A stretch of DNA of 64,000 nt from the human T2T-CHM13v2.0 reference genome, Homo sapiens (GCF_009914755.1 NC_060944.1), one strand, 5' to 3'; shown: positions 16,771 through 32,740, numbered from the stretch's first letter. Notes: a model not told the origin generated them from the letters alone. Made by a program: numbers and translations.

Positions 16771-17500
16771 AGTCCCCAGCCCTCATCTGCATTTGGGGGA
16801 AACATGAGGAACAGAGAGGGGTGGAGTTTGTTCCAGGTCCCCCAGCCCATTAGGAGCAGGGCCTTGACAAAAAACCTGTAAGACTTTGGAAAAGGATTCA
16901 AAGCTCTCTGCGAGAGGCAGGCGTTTGCACAAAAGATGAATAAGTGCAGAAGAAATGCTCAGTGTTGCTAATTGTGTCCAACAGGGTTCAGGCAAGAAAA
17001 GAGAATCCAACTGCATTGGTTCTTGGGATTTGAATAAAGTGGCTATTTCTAGAGTTGGGGGACAAGCTTGAGGAAACCAACCAGGGACTGTTTTTCCTAA
17101 GGCTCAAGCAGCAAAGAAAAGCATCTGGGTATCCCAGCCCAAGGAGATAATAGGAGCCAAGGACAAGGCCTTATCAGGAGGGACACAGCCAACTGCCACA
17201 CTTGTGATCTAGAGAAGACAGCAGGGAAAAGTGCCCTGACATCTGACCTCCTGCCATGCCACCCTCTGGCTGAACCCAAGTAGAGATGAGGAAACTGAGT
17301 CACAAAGTGCCCAAAGTCACCCCGTGGGGGAGTCAGGATTCAAATCCAGGCCATCTGGCCCCAGAGTCCATAAAGATAAACATAAGGTTTGTTTATTCCT
17401 TTGGCAATTATCTACTATTTGCTGCTCAGTATTCTAGACACTATGGATTCCAAATTCTGGGTTTTTCAAAATCTTTTCAGTAACACTTTTGTAGTCAGAA

Positions 17501-18070
17501 TATTATCGGTGGCGAGTCCGCAACACTCCCAGCCCTTGTCTTCTCAGAGGAAAGAATTCAATTGAGAGACGCAGGCAAGTTTTAAAGCAGAGGCAAAGGT
17601 TTATTGAAAGAAGCAAAGTACAACTGAGAGATCAAGTGCCCCGCTCAACCTTTGGCTCGGGGCTTTTATACACTGGCTTGGTTCTGGGGTTTCTTCTCCT
17701 CCTTGATTCCTCCCTTCGGTGGGCTGCTGCGCCCTCCCTGCATGCGCAATGGCCTGCCAGCACTTGGGAGGGGCCGCATGCGCAGTGTGTTTACTAAGGT
17801 TGTGCGCATGCTCACTTGGGGTGATTTTCCCTTACTGGTCCGTCGCCGCAAGAAAAAGGTCATATACAAGTCAGACTCCAACATTTGCCCTTCTGCTCGA
17901 CCTTACCAGGGAATTGTGGTTTGCTGGCTCCAGATGATGTCAACTATCTGTTAGGGAACTCCTCTCCCTCTTGGCGCCATTCGTGGCCACTTATCATGTC
18001 AGAGGGACAGTTTTATGATCGCCTGTCCATCATTTGATGCACTGCCATTTCTGGGGGCCCTCTCCTGCAC
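17501..18070 (-). mobile_element. MER50-like ERV1 LTR, ~2.8-3.3 kb upstream of the LBP ATG
   Basis: t(a)ttatcggtggcga...ctcagaggaaagaattc...gcaagtttt...tttattg; catgcgcagtg / catgctcacttg blocks as in recalled MER50. Confidence 0.65.
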
Positions 18071-19535
18071 AAGAACACAATAAACAGCCTTGTTAAAAGA
18101 GTCCCTATTTCACTGCAATAAGACTGAGTGGTGGCCAGAGTGGTAGCAGCTGTTGCTTTTGTGGAATTGGATGGACAGCCTGGTAGGAGAAAGGCCCAGG
18201 GGTTCTGACCAGCAGTGGGGTCGTGCTGCTCCCTGAGGCCTCTGCTGGGTCCTGGGCCATCAGCAGGGACCTTAGCCAGCAGTGGGCACCTGCAGGGGTG
18301 GAGGCCAGGCCTGGGCCATGTGGCAGCTCTAAGGTCCAAAGATTGCTGCTGTGGGAAATTCCCACCCCTGCAAATGACTCCCAGCCAGGGACATCCTTAA
18401 ACTGCTGCCAGAGGAAGAGTGACATCTATGTCCCCATAAGATCCTTATGCTCCAGAATGTCCTCCCCCACTCTCCTCCCCTCCTGGGCAGGCTGAGGTCC
18501 AGGAAGCAAAGGCCCCTAGGCACACTGGGGATGCACCTGTGAGCCCTTTCCTGCTCCAAAGCCTCCCAAAGGCTGGCTCCTTACCCTGAGGCCTCTGCTC
18601 AGCTTGTTGCCTCCCAAGAGAACCCTGCCCTGACCAGAGTTTTGGAATGGCATCCTGCAGACCTGGACTTAAATTCCTGCTGGGTGACTGCAGCCTACAT
18701 CACTTCACCCTGCCAAACCTCAGTTTCTTCATCTCAAGACAAGACTAAAATATCCACCTGGGGTTGCTGATGCAAGGATGAGAGGAGACGTGCAGCTTAA
18801 CCAGCACAGCGCCTGCACATAGTAGGTGCTCAATAAATATCAGTTTCTTTCCAATTTCTGCTGGGTGCTGCAAGGATCTCAGGAAATGGAAGACTCAGCC
18901 GTGCCTGCAAGGAGCCATCAGACTGGTGGTGTGGGGACTGAGGGGAGGGACGGATGAGGATCCCAACAAACCTCAGCCCCAGTGACAGGAGCAACACGGT
19001 ACAGAGGAGCAGAGAGGCCTGGACTGTGGGGTTCCCTGTGCTTAACGTGGGACATTCTGATCTTAACCTCAGTGCCTGCCAGTGCTGTTTGTGACCTATT
19101 GGGAGTCACCCTGTTAATCCCACCACATTCAGTTGGTTGAGGCCATCATGAAAACCTGCCCAATTTCAAGGGAAGGGGGCAGAAACATTACCTTTTGATG
19201 GAAGGAATATCAAAGAATTCGTGGGCATATTTTTAAAGGACCACAATTATCAAAAAGCAGAGTGGTTAATGCTGTGGTGGGGAAAGCGCAAAGGGTTCTG
19301 GGACCTCAGAGGGGACCCTTTCTAGAATCCAGAGAAGCATGGGAGTGGTCAGGGAAGGCTTCCTGGGGGTGAGGGCAAAGCAGAACTCACAAATGTAAGC
19401 AGGGCTGGGGCAAAACTCTAAAAATTAAACACAGTCTGTACTATAAATTTTGTTTTCCAGAATGAAATTTTACTATCTTTACTTACTGCGAATATATGCC
19501 CGGGACCATACCCCCAAGAAAATAAAAATTTTAGA

Positions 19536-19840
19536 GGCTGGGCATGGTGGCCCAAGTCTATAATCCCAGTATTTTGGAAGGCCAAGCGGGAGGCTTACTT
19601 GAGCTCAGGAGTTCGACACCAGCCTGGGCAACATAGCAAGACCTCGTCCCTACTAAAATACAAAAAATTAGCTGGACATGGTGGCTCACACCTGTAGTCC
19701 CAGCTACTTAGGGGGCTGTGGTGGGAGGATCACTTGAGCCCAGGAAGTTGAGGTTGCAGCGAGCGATGTTCATGCCACTGGACTCCTGCTTGAGCAACAG
19801 AGTAGACTTTGTCTCAAAAAATGAAAAAAGAAAAAAAAAT
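19536..19840 (+). mobile_element. AluJ-like, ~1 kb upstream of the LBP ATG
   Basis: Alu consensus match. Confidence 0.9.
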
Positions 19841-20149
19841 TGTACGTATCAACAAGCAAAAACTTTTTTAACACTTATAATTCTACCCCCACAACCAGAG
19901 ACAATGCCTCATGACTCCTTGCTAAATATTTTCCAGATTGTTGAACATAGAAGCCTATTTTGAACCCCCCAAAATAGAACCTTACTCTATGGTGCCATTG
20001 GAAACGGATGCCTCATGACATCCCTTTCCTTGCCAAGAAATACCTTTATTTCTGCAGCCTCACTTTAAGGGACATGTCATAATTCATTTAACCAATGCCC
20101 TTCTGGTGGATACATGAGGTTGGGTCTCACTTCTCCTGTCCTGTTTCCC

Positions 20150-20834
20150 ACAGCATAGCAGTGGTATCTTGGAGCAGTGATTTACTGGCACACTGACTCA
20201 ATTATGTATTTAAGGGCAAGTCCCTGAAATTGAATTCCTGGGTCACAGGGCATGCAACTGTTTAAACATTTGCCAATTGCCTTCCAGAAAATTTCACCAC
20301 CAGCAAGGTTTGAGAAACACTGTTTTCCCATTGGGGGAAACATTTATTTTTTAAATAAACGAGCCAATATATTTTAAAAAAGAGAGTTTGGTTGGTGCCA
20401 GATGTAGCTTCACTCTCAACCCTGCCGTCTGCTGGGGGTGAGATCTCAAGGGAGCTATGTGGCTTTTTTGAACCTCAGTTTCCTCATCTGCTAAACCAGG
20501 CCTTCCTAGCCGAGCTCTTAAGAGACTGGCTGAGATGAGGCAAGATGAACAGTGATGAATATGGGGTCTTTCTGTGGGGAGGGTGGACAGGGATGATCAT
20601 AGGAGTCAGGCTTCCTCATCCACTGATCTAGGCAGTGAAAACTGGCTTCTAAGTATGACCTTATGACTTCAGTGATGTCGCAAGCAGGTTCCAGTCCCTG
20701 TGCCTCCCCTTCCCGCTCCCAGGAACCCATCCAGCCTCAGGAACTGCCCCCAGCCATCGAGCCTTGGCTACTTAAGGGACCTGGGCCCAATCCACAGCTG
20801 GGACAGTCCTGGCCCACTGCACTGGGAATCTAGG
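20150..20834 (+). promoter_or_regulatory. LBP: LBP proximal promoter/5' UTR: AP-1 TGACTCA (20194-20200), C/EBP-type TGTCGCAAG (20676-20684), acute-phase element CTGGGAA (20822-20828)
   Basis: motif matches directly upstream of the ATG; LBP is an established IL-1/IL-6 (STAT3, C/EBP, AP-1) class-1 acute-phase gene; no obvious TATA or CpG island. Confidence 0.65.
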
Positions 20835-20958
20835 ATGGGGGCCTTGGCCAGAGCCCTGCCGTCCATACTGCTGGCATTGCTGCTTACGTCCACCCCAGAG
20901 GCTCTGGGTGCCAACCCCGGCTTGGTCGCCAGGATCACCGACAAGGGACTGCAGTATG
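20835..20958 (+). CDS. LBP: LBP exon 1, coding part (signal peptide MGALARALPSILLALLLTSTPEALG + ANPGLVARITDKGLQY)
   Basis: AGGATGG Kozak, hydrophobic leader, G|gtaaga donor, 124 nt. Confidence 0.98.
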
Positions 20959-21139
20959 GTAAGAAGCCACATCTGCTGGCTGGACTTGGCAAACCCACGC
21001 TCCAGGCTGCTCTGGGTACAGTGGGGACAGGGAGTGGGGACACAGACCGGACCCTCTCCCTGGGGCAGTGCCACCTTCTGGGTCAGGTGGCTCTGGCTCC
21101 TATTCTGGCCTTACTGCCCACCAGCTGAGTGCCCTGGGC

Positions 21140-21365
21140 ATGTTATTTGTGGTAGTGAGGTCCTCCACCAGCCAACAGAACACAGCTTTGCGTGCAAGTA
21201 GTTGATTTGGGAAATGATTCCAGGAAACACTGTAGGGAATCGGTACTGAGATGAGGAAGGGAGGGCAGCCAGGAGAGAGTGTGCAATTAAACCAGCCACC
21301 ACCTCTGATGATGGGAACCACTCAGCTGGGAAAATTCTGCGTAAAGTTTGGAAACACATGCCTCT
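21140..21365 (-). mobile_element. LTR33-like ERVL fragment in LBP intron 1 (related pieces at ~25527-25850 and ~55760-55815)
   Basis: gtgcaagtagttgatttgggaaatgattccaggaaacac...; cccagaagcagaccctga motifs. Confidence 0.55.
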
Positions 21366-21555
21366 GAACTGGAAGTCAGAATTGTGGTCACCTCTAGAGG
21401 CAGGCAGAGACCCTGAAGGGCATGAGGGAGGTCTGCCGGGGTGCTGGAAGTTGCCATATCTTGATCCAGGTGGTGATCACATTCCTGTATAAACATTAAA
21501 AATTATTTAGCAATACCTTTAAAATTTGTGCCCGTTAGGTACTTTATGTATATTA

Positions 21556-21939
<384 letters not shown>

Positions 21940-22424
21940 CTATCCAGGTGGCATGGGAACTGGGATATTTATACACCACAGTGATTGATTGAGGGCTTCT
22001 GGGCCGGGGGTTTGTCAACTCCCCAGCACTTCTGTCCTGTTGCATGTACCTGCTTTCTGCAGTTCCAGGACAAAAAGCCTCGGGACATACAGGCTCAGGG
22101 AGGCAGACATTGGCAGCTGGGAGTCAACTGTCACTCACTGGAAAGACTCAAGGATATGGACAGGCACTGACCACATGTCTTCTCACATCCCTAGAGCCTC
22201 AATTGCCTTACCTATTAAATGAGATAACAACATTCCCTTAGATAGGGTTGTTGGGAGCCCAGACTGGCTCGAGACAGGCAGAGGGAAATCAGGGAAGGAT
22301 TCCAGGATATAGTAAAATGGAAAAGACAGTGGGAATTACCCAGGGACAAGGGGTAGCGTTCCAGGCGGAAGGACCCCAACATGTGCGTTTGCTAGAGGGA
22401 GAAGAGCAAATTGGAAAGAGGTGA

Positions 22425-22937
<513 letters not shown>

Positions 22938-23065
22938 TAAACCCTATTTGCTGTTCCAGGCATTTACTGAGTGCCTGCTGTGTGTCAGGCACCAAGCTAG
23001 GAGTGCTTGTTATCCTCACAGCCCCCTTCTTGCTTTGCAGTTTCAATGGCATGCCAATGAGGAAA

Positions 23066-23421
<356 letters not shown>

Positions 23422-23875
23422 AAATGTATTGTTGTCATTGCTATTTGACAGATGAACAAAGTGAAGGTTGTTTGGGGACTTTGTCAAAGTCACCCAGCTA
23501 GAAAGATGCCCTCTTTCTCTAGCCCCCAGATCCTTCCAGTTTCTTCTACACAGGCCAGATGTCATGGAGAACAAGAAGGAGGACTATCCGTCCAAGCGCA
23601 CAGCACTTTTGCCCTTGGGGATTTGTTGGCAAAGGCATTCCATTTCCTCATCAGTAAAATGGGCATGAACCTAACAATGCCACAGAAATGCAGGGACACC
23701 TCTGAATGTCCCTCATGCTACCTGGCACACAGAGGGGCTCATATCCTGTCATTGTACTTAATGCTAATAAGGATGTTGGCCCCTCTCTTGAGGACAGGTG
23801 GGAGCCACCGTAGGGTTTAGAGCAGGGGAGGAGGCAGGCAGATCAAGCTGACTCCCAGCTATTTCCTTTCCACAG

Positions 23876-23990
23876 CGGCCCAGGAGGGGCTATTGGCTCT
23901 GCAGAGTGAGCTGCTCAGGATCACGCTGCCTGACTTCACCGGGGACTTGAGGATCCCCCACGTCGGCCGTGGGCGCTATGAGTTCCACAG
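23876..23990 (+). CDS. LBP: LBP exon 2 (AAQEGLLALQSELLRITLPDFTGDLRIPHVGRGRYEFHS)
   Basis: cacag|CG, AG|gtgggg, 115 nt. Confidence 0.97.
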
Positions 23991-25138
23991 GTGGGGCTCT
24001 CCCTTCTGCTGCGGCTCTGAAGTGGCTGGAGCTGGCTGTCAGGGGGAATTGGAGAGTGAGGAAGAGAGAGCCTCAGGATTGGGCTGTGGGGGGACCTCTC
24101 CGGGGCGGACAGTGGGATAGTTCCCTGAAGAGCTCAGAAGGAAATTCTGGGAAGGAATTGAGCTCCTCCACTCAGTCACGCAGCAAATATTAAGGAAGAC
24201 CTACTGGCTGTGTGATCTGAGCCTTGATTTCCTTATCTGTAAAATGGAGTTGATCTACTTCCTCCTTCAGAGTGCTCATCCAAGATCCAATCTGGCCACT
24301 AGATATAGTTTGGAAGAGAAGATAGACCTTACACTTTAAATGTAGTAGCCCAACGGTTAGAGCTGAAGTTTGTACTTGGGGGAGTCAGGGAAGGCTTCCA
24401 GGAGAAGGTGGCATTTGAGCCAAGTCTTCAAAAGATTACTAGACTTGAGCAGCTGATGCTTTAAAAGAGCGTGAACTGCTTTTTGAGGGATGGGCAGTGA
24501 AGAAACGACAATCAGACTCGTAGCACATTGTACCCCTCCCTGCTCACTGCTGTTGGGCGTTTCCTTCATTCCTGCCTTCTTTTATTCAGTCCATCAGCAA
24601 AAATCTATTGGGCACCTACTATGTGCCCGGCAAATAAAATAGAACTTGACCGTTCTTTTCCCACTGTGACAACCTTGCTGACTTTTTTGGGGTCTTATCT
24701 TAAGGCTGCCACCATCTTCCCTGAATCTGTTTCCCCCCTACCTGGATGTATTGAGAGAGAGGAGGGTTAGCAGGAACTGCAAACCCAAAGGGATATGTCT
24801 ACGGACCTTCTCAGGATGCCACCGGGGGTCATTAGATTCATGGGTTCTGATGCAGACTGCAAAACCGTAAGCAATTGCATCCCTTCCTCAAGGTTCTATT
24901 TCCCCCTTTGTGGAAAGGGAGCAAGAACACTGCTGACCCCTTCAGTGTGGCCCATATGGCATGAAGAAAGTAACGTGCTTAGCATGGTCATAAGATCGAT
25001 GCCTGGGGCACAGCAGGTGCTTACCTGGAGCAGATCCTGCTGGTCTAGTCCCCACTGTGGAGAGGGGAGGCGCAAGGTCCCTGGTGAGGCTGGGTCCAGG
25101 CCCAGGGCTGACACCTCCTTCCATGTCTCTCCCTTCAG

Positions 25139-25267
25139 CCTGAACATCCACAGCTGTGAGCTGCTTCACTCTGCGCTGAGGCCTGTCCCTGGCCAGGGCC
25201 TGAGTCTCAGCATCTCCGACTCCTCCATCCGGGTCCAGGGCAGGTGGAAGGTGCGCAAGTCATTCTT
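25139..25267 (+). CDS. LBP: LBP exon 3 (includes the LPS-binding basic loop RWKVRKSF)
   Basis: ttcag|C, TT|gtaagt, 129 nt. Confidence 0.97.
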
Positions 25268-25854
25268 GTAAGTTGGCTCTGCTCCCAGGCCCTGGAGCTC
25301 TTGGCCTTGGCCTTCGCCCCATCCTTCTTAGGTCCAAGGTGTTCCTAGCTTATCAGAAAGGCCACGTGATGGACAGATGGAGTCCAAGCCCGGAGGTGGC
25401 CTGGGGATTGAGTCCTGGCTCTTGGATGAGTGTCTTTCTGTCTCTGAGTCTCTACTTCCTCATCTCCCAAAGGGGACGGGCCTGCTTCCTTGATGGAGTC
25501 ATGGGAGGGCTAAGTGCGGTAATATCATGTCTCCTTGGTTTGCTTCCCACAGAAGCAGACTTTAGGGCAAGAATTCCAGTGCAATACTTTATCTTGGAAG
25601 CGATCTGAGGAAACCCACAGGGGAGTGGGGAAGTGAGGAAGGGAAGGGAAGGGAAGGAAGTCAGCCTGGTGGGCAAGTGAAGCTCTGTCTAGCTGGGGAA
25701 CTCAGGGACAGCGGAGAACACGCCTCTGAGTTACTCCAGCCCCACGCTGTCACCCCATCCTCCTGCTTGCCATTGGCCAAGGGCTGCTTCCAGGGGCTCT
25801 GGCTCTCAGGCACTTTGAACAGTTCTCTGACCTCAGAGGCACTTGGATGGAAGG

Positions 25855-26590
25855 GGTATTCATGTGCTAGGGCTGCCATAACAAGCATAGACTGGGTGGC
25901 TTAAGCAGAAATGTGTTTTCTCACAGTTCTGGAGGCTGAGGGCCAAGGTCAAGGTTTTGGCAGGCCTGGTTTCTTCTGAGGCCACTCTCTTTGGCTTGCA
26001 GATGGCTGCCCTTTGGCAATGTCCTCACGTGGTCTTTCCTCTGTGCTCAAGAAATCCCATTTCTGAGGCCATGCACGTTGGCTCACCCCTGTAATCCCAG
26101 CACTTTGGGAGGCTGAGGCGGGAAGATCACTTGAGGTCAGGAGTTCAAGACCAGCCTGGCCAACATGGCAAAAATCAGTCTCTACTAAAAATGAAAAATA
26201 AATTAAAAATTTAAAAATTAGCCAGGTGTGGTGGCAGGTACCTGTAATCTCAACTACTCAGGAGGCTAGACAGAAGAATCGTTTGAACCCTGGAGGCAGA
26301 GGTTGCACAGAGCTGAGATCATGCCACTGTACTCCAGCCTGGGGGACAGAGCGAGACTCCATCTCTAAAAAAAAAAAAAAAGAAAAAAGAAAGGAAAGAA
26401 ACCCCGTTTCTCTCTGTATGTCCTAATCTCTTTTTATAAAGACACTAGTCACATTGGATTAGGGCCCACCCTAATGGCCTCATTTAAATGTAATCACCTC
26501 TTCAAAGGGCCTATCTCCAATACTGTGACATTCTCAGGTACTGGGGATCAGAGCTTCAACATCTGAATTTGGGAGGCAGGTGGTGACACA
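25855..26590 (-). mobile_element. MLT1-type MaLR LTR interrupted by an Alu (~26067-26395, +)
   Basis: gctagggctgccataacaa...ctcacagttctggaggctg...gattagggcccaccctaatggcctcattt. Confidence 0.75.
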
Positions 26591-26654
26591 GAGCAGCCCA
26601 TAGCAGAAGGAACAGCCCAAATATGGGTGATATGACCATATTTATACTTCAGAC

Positions 26655-27328
<674 letters not shown>

Positions 27329-28608
27329 TTTATATGTTACCTACATATGCACATTTGTTCTAGTTCCATGAAAGGAACTGGCCACACTCTCTTACCCTGG
27401 CTTTTGTCACTGAAGTATCTTAAATATCTCTTTCTATGGGCATATGACTATCTACCTCATTTTTTTTCACTTTTTTGAATGTGCTTTTAAAAATTGATAG
27501 GAAATTCACGGAACATAAAATTGATTATTTGAAAGTATACATTCAGTGGCATGTAGTACATTCACAATTTTGTGCCATGTCCACCCCTATCTGACTCCAA
27601 AACATTTTCATCATCCCAAGAGAAAATTCCTTACCCATTAAACAATCATTCCCCATTTCCCTTCCCCCAGCTCCAGACAACCACCACTGGGGTTGGAGAC
27701 TCCTGGAATAGACCACATTTTGCCCCATTGTTCTCAAAGGCTGCATAACATTGGGTGCCCACAGCTTATTCAACCTGTCGCTGCTAGCGGACATGTAGGC
27801 TGCTTCCTTTTTTTTTTTTTTTTTTTTTTTTTGCTACTGCCTATGATGCTTCAGTGAGCTGCCCCACACCACGCGTATATCTTGGCAGGAAGAGCTACGG
27901 GATAAAGGCTTAGAAGTTAAATTACTGGGCCAAAGAGTATGTATGTTAGAACGAGGAGAGATCTCACTGATTTGTGTTTCAGAAAGCTTGTGCCAATGTG
28001 CACTCTCCCAGCCACAGTGTCTGGGACTTCTGTTTACTCGTACATTCAATAGCATTGAGTACTAAAACTTCAAAAGTTTTTTTTGAATCTGATAGGCGAG
28101 AACTGGTGTCATTGTTATTTTCATTTTTAATGACTTTTACATGCTTATTTTGTACTGCATTTCCTGTTCATATCTTTTTTTTTCTTTTGAGTTGTTCTTT
28201 CTTTCCTTGTTAATTTATATTGGCTTGTTCTTTGTATATTAGGGAAATAAGCTCATATATTAAGGAAATTGGCTCTTTAGATGTCTCATACTGCAATTTT
28301 TTTTTTACTTTACATATGGCATTTTTTTTGTCCACTGAAGTTTTAATTTTCTATGCCGACAAGTTTATCAAGGATTTCCTTTATGGCTTATGAGACTTGG
28401 ATATTGCCTAGAAAGGCCTTCATCCAGCCCTGCCTGGAAATACTGGATCTGGGCTTTCTTCTAGATCTTTTATGGCTTTATTTGTTATTCTTAAATCTCT
28501 GCTCAGCTCCATGTATTTGGAGGTCAGAACTGAGCCTTCTATTTTCCCCACAAATGGTGGCAGACCCCTGGTCTAGGAACTAACCATGGCTTCTCTTACC
28601 TCCTCCAG

Positions 28609-28764
28609 CAAACTACAGGGCTCCTTTGATGTCAGTGTCAAGGGCATCAGCATTTCGGTCAACCTCCTGTTGGGCAGCGAGTCCTCCGGGAGGCCCACAG
28701 TTACTGCCTCCAGCTGCAGCAGTGACATCGCTGACGTGGAGGTGGACATGTCGGGAGACTTGGG
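28609..28764 (+). CDS. LBP: LBP exon 4 ([12 protein letters not shown]...SSCSS...MSGDLG)
   Basis: tccag|C, GG|gtaggt, 156 nt. Confidence 0.97.
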
Positions 28765-29126
28765 GTAGGTCTCCATCGGGGCACTGCCAGCTGGACTCCT
28801 GGTTGCAGCTCCCGGCCAATCCAGCGCTCAGCCTGGCCTCCGATAATTGCAATGATCCAGGTGGCTTGCACAGGCACTTGAAGATCATTCTCTGGGGAAC
28901 CCTGTTGAGATGAACAGACTTAAGCCAGGAATATTGGTGCATCATTTTCATTAAAAAAATAAACTTTCATTCACCTGACAAGGGGACCCTTGTCAGGTGA
29001 ATGAAATCTGGCTATTTGGAGGAACACAGAAACTTTGGTTGAAGGAGAGTTTGCGAAAAACATACAAGTCCTTGGACAAGTCATTTCATCTCTTCTAGTC
29101 TCAGTTTCCTTGATTAGAAAAGTGTG

Positions 29127-29432
29127 ACCGGGTGTGGTGGCTCACGCCTGTAATCCTAACAATTTGAGACGCCAAGGCAGAAAATCGCTTGAGCTCAGGA
29201 GTTCAAGACCAGCCTGGGCAACGTGGTAAAACCTGTCTCCACAAAAAAATACAAAAATTAGCCAGGCATGATGGCACATGCCTGTAGTCTCAGCTACTTC
29301 AGGGGCTGAGTTGGGAGGATGGCTTCAGGCCAGGCGACAGAGGTTGCAGTGAGCTGAGATTGTGCCACTGCACTCCAGCCTGGGTGACAAGGTGAGATCC
29401 TGTCCCCCACCCCCCCGCAAAAGAAAAGAAAA
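29127..29432 (+). mobile_element. AluJ-like
   Basis: Alu consensus match. Confidence 0.88.
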
Positions 29433-29670
29433 ATGTGGATTCTCAAGCCGCTTCCCCAAATCTGCTGAATGTGATCATGCGATTGGGTGCCGCAGGCACT
29501 GGGAAGCCAGACACACCGAATCAGGCTGGATGTGCTGGGACACAGCAGGGCGCCGGGAAGGGGTGGAGAGGGCTCCCTTTGTGGACTGGCCTGACCAGGG
29601 ACCAGGGCCTGGCTTTCCCAGGCACCCGGCCATCCCCAAGTTCAGTGGCAGACTGTGCTTCTCTCCCCAG

Positions 29671-29734
29671 GTGGCTGTTGAACCTCTTCCACAACCAGAT
29701 TGAGTCCAAGTTCCAGAAAGTACTGGAGAGCAGG
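29671..29734 (+). CDS. LBP: LBP exon 5 (WLLNLFHNQIESKFQKVLESR)
   Basis: cccag|G, AGG|gtaaga, 64 nt. Confidence 0.97.
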
Positions 29735-30383
29735 GTAAGAAGGTCCAAGCCTCTGGCCTCCCCCGAGCTTGGCGAGGGCTGAATGGAAGACCTCACTGAC
29801 CAATGGCCCTGGACCAGGCCATGGGGGCTGGTTTAGACGTACTTGGGCCCAAAGCCCAGGGAGGACAAATCATTTGCCCAGGTCATGGAGCTGTTGTGGG
29901 GCACGCTGGGGACAAAGCTCCAAGTCCGTTCGGTTGGGCAGAAAATGGTCAACTGCTTGACCAAGGGTTAAACAGCAGGGGCTAAACAGAGACTCCAGCC
30001 CCTCCCTCTGCTCCACCTTGCTCAGTGCCCCACACTGCCCTGCATTCCACCAAGGTCCGAAAGGAAACCATTCCTCAGGCGCCTGCAAGAGACCAGGCAG
30101 GAAAGCTCAGCGAGGGCGTGGGCCAGGTGGGAACTGGGCGAGCTCATGAGCACCAGCCCTGGATGGGGAGGCAGCAACACTGTCAGACTGGCCTGTTAAA
30201 AAGGAGTATGTGAAATCTTCAGAGTGTATCATCTTTGACTAAATCAAAAAGATGTCGTGTTAACTTTCAGTTCCTCTAAACACTCATTCATCCCAAAATC
30301 CCGTTTCTGAGATATTAGCCAAATGGTATCTGTAGCAATGACTGTGGGAAGGGAGAAAGTGATGGAGGAGGAAAGGGAAAAAA

Positions 30384-32006
30384 ACACACACACAAACACA
30401 CACACACCACACCCCACACACACTCCCTCCCAGCACACACACACCACACACACATCCTACACACAAGCACCCCCCACACACCACACCCCCCACACTCCCC
30501 CACACAGACACCCCCACACACCACCCCCACACACTATGCACATCCTACACACACACCCCCCACACACCACCCCCATACACACACCACCCCCATACACACA
30601 CCACACACACACCCCACACATATACCCCACGCACCACCCCCCCACACACACACGCCTCACACACCAAACACCCCCACACACTCCCCCCACACACACTCCC
30701 CCCACACACACCCCACACAACACCCACACACTACACACATCCTACACACCTCACACACCACCCACACACCCGACACACACCCCACACACACACCACACCC
30801 CCCACACACCCCCACACACTCCCCACACACACACACCCACACTCGCCACACACGCCCCTCCCACACTCCCCACACACGCCCCCCACACACCACCCACACA
30901 CACTACACACATCCTATACACACTCTTCACACACCACCTACACACACTACACACACATACCCCACGCACCACACACCCCCACACACTACCCCCCACACAC
31001 CCACCACACACACTCCCACACACTCCCCCGCACACACCCCCCCACACACACCCTCACACACTACCCCCCACACAACCCACACACACACCCTACACACACC
31101 CTCACACACCACACTGCCAAACTCCTCCCCACACACACCACCCACATACACACTACAAACATCCTACACACACACATCCCACACACCACACCCCCACACA
31201 CCACACACACACCACACACACACCACACACACACCACACACACCCACACACACCCCCCCACACACCACTCTCCACACACACCCCTCACATTCCACAGCCC
31301 CACACACACCCCCACACACCCCCACACACACCGTACACACACACACATCACACCCCCCAGACTCCTCCCCACACACACCCACACACATCACCCACACAGT
31401 ACAAACATCCTACACACACACCCTGCACACACACCCCACACCCCACCCCCCACACACACACCCCTCACATACCACAGCCCCACACACCCCCACACACACA
31501 CCCTCCACACACACACCCACACACATCCCACACACACACACACCCCACACACACCCTCCACACACACCCCCACACACATCCCACACACACACCCCCCACA
31601 CACACCCTCCACACACACCTAACACACCACACACATACACAGCACACACATCAACCCCCTCACACACAACCCACACACCCTGCATCCCCCCCACATTCAC
31701 CCCTCACACACCACACCTCCCCCATACACCCTCCACACACACCCCCACGCACATACCACACCCCACACAAACACACCCCACACACATACCATACCCCACA
31801 CAAACACACACACCCCACACACACACCCTACACACAGACAGCACCCACACACACCACACGCACCCCCTACACACACACCACACACACCCTACACACACAA
31901 AACACACCACCCACAGACCACCCACACCCCCTACATGCACACACCACACACACCCTCCACACACACACAAACACACCACCCACTCACACCCCCCACACCA
32001 CACACA

Positions 32007-32041
<35 letters not shown>
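30384..32041. repeat. ~1.65-kb C/A-rich degenerate (CA)n/(CCCACA)n low-complexity array, LBP intron 5
   Basis: almost no G or T on the + strand; ends in pure (CA)n. Confidence 0.97.
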
Positions 32042-32044
<3 letters not shown>

Positions 32045-32405
32045 CGTCTGTAGGTCCAACCTCTGGTTTGGCTTTGAGTGCCCCCTCGTGGTTGAAACAG
32101 GAACAGCAGGCAAACCCCGCATTTTGGGTGTGGCCAGCTGTGCTCTTTCTTTTCTGGTTCTGGGTCCCTGGGATTAAGTGACCCTGAGAAATATGCCAAT
32201 CTACTCAGGCACCCTGTTGCCATATTGCTGTGCATAACAATAGTAATGTAGCACAATTATAATTATCACAGTAATCACATACCATAATTATTGTTTTGAT
32301 AAATGTATATAATTAATGCTGTACAGAATATATTATTGTATAACTATTCTGATTTATAACAAAAATGGCTGCTATTTCTTGAGCCTGTAGCTTGGCCAGG
32401 GATAA

Positions 32406-32740
<335 letters not shown>

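Noticed and set aside
30323-32053. 576-aa His/Thr/Pro-rich ORF and the antisense Val/Cys/Gly ORFs
   Set aside because: Stop codons need T plus A/G in specific order and are naturally scarce in a C/A-only tract; intronic, with no supporting gene structure
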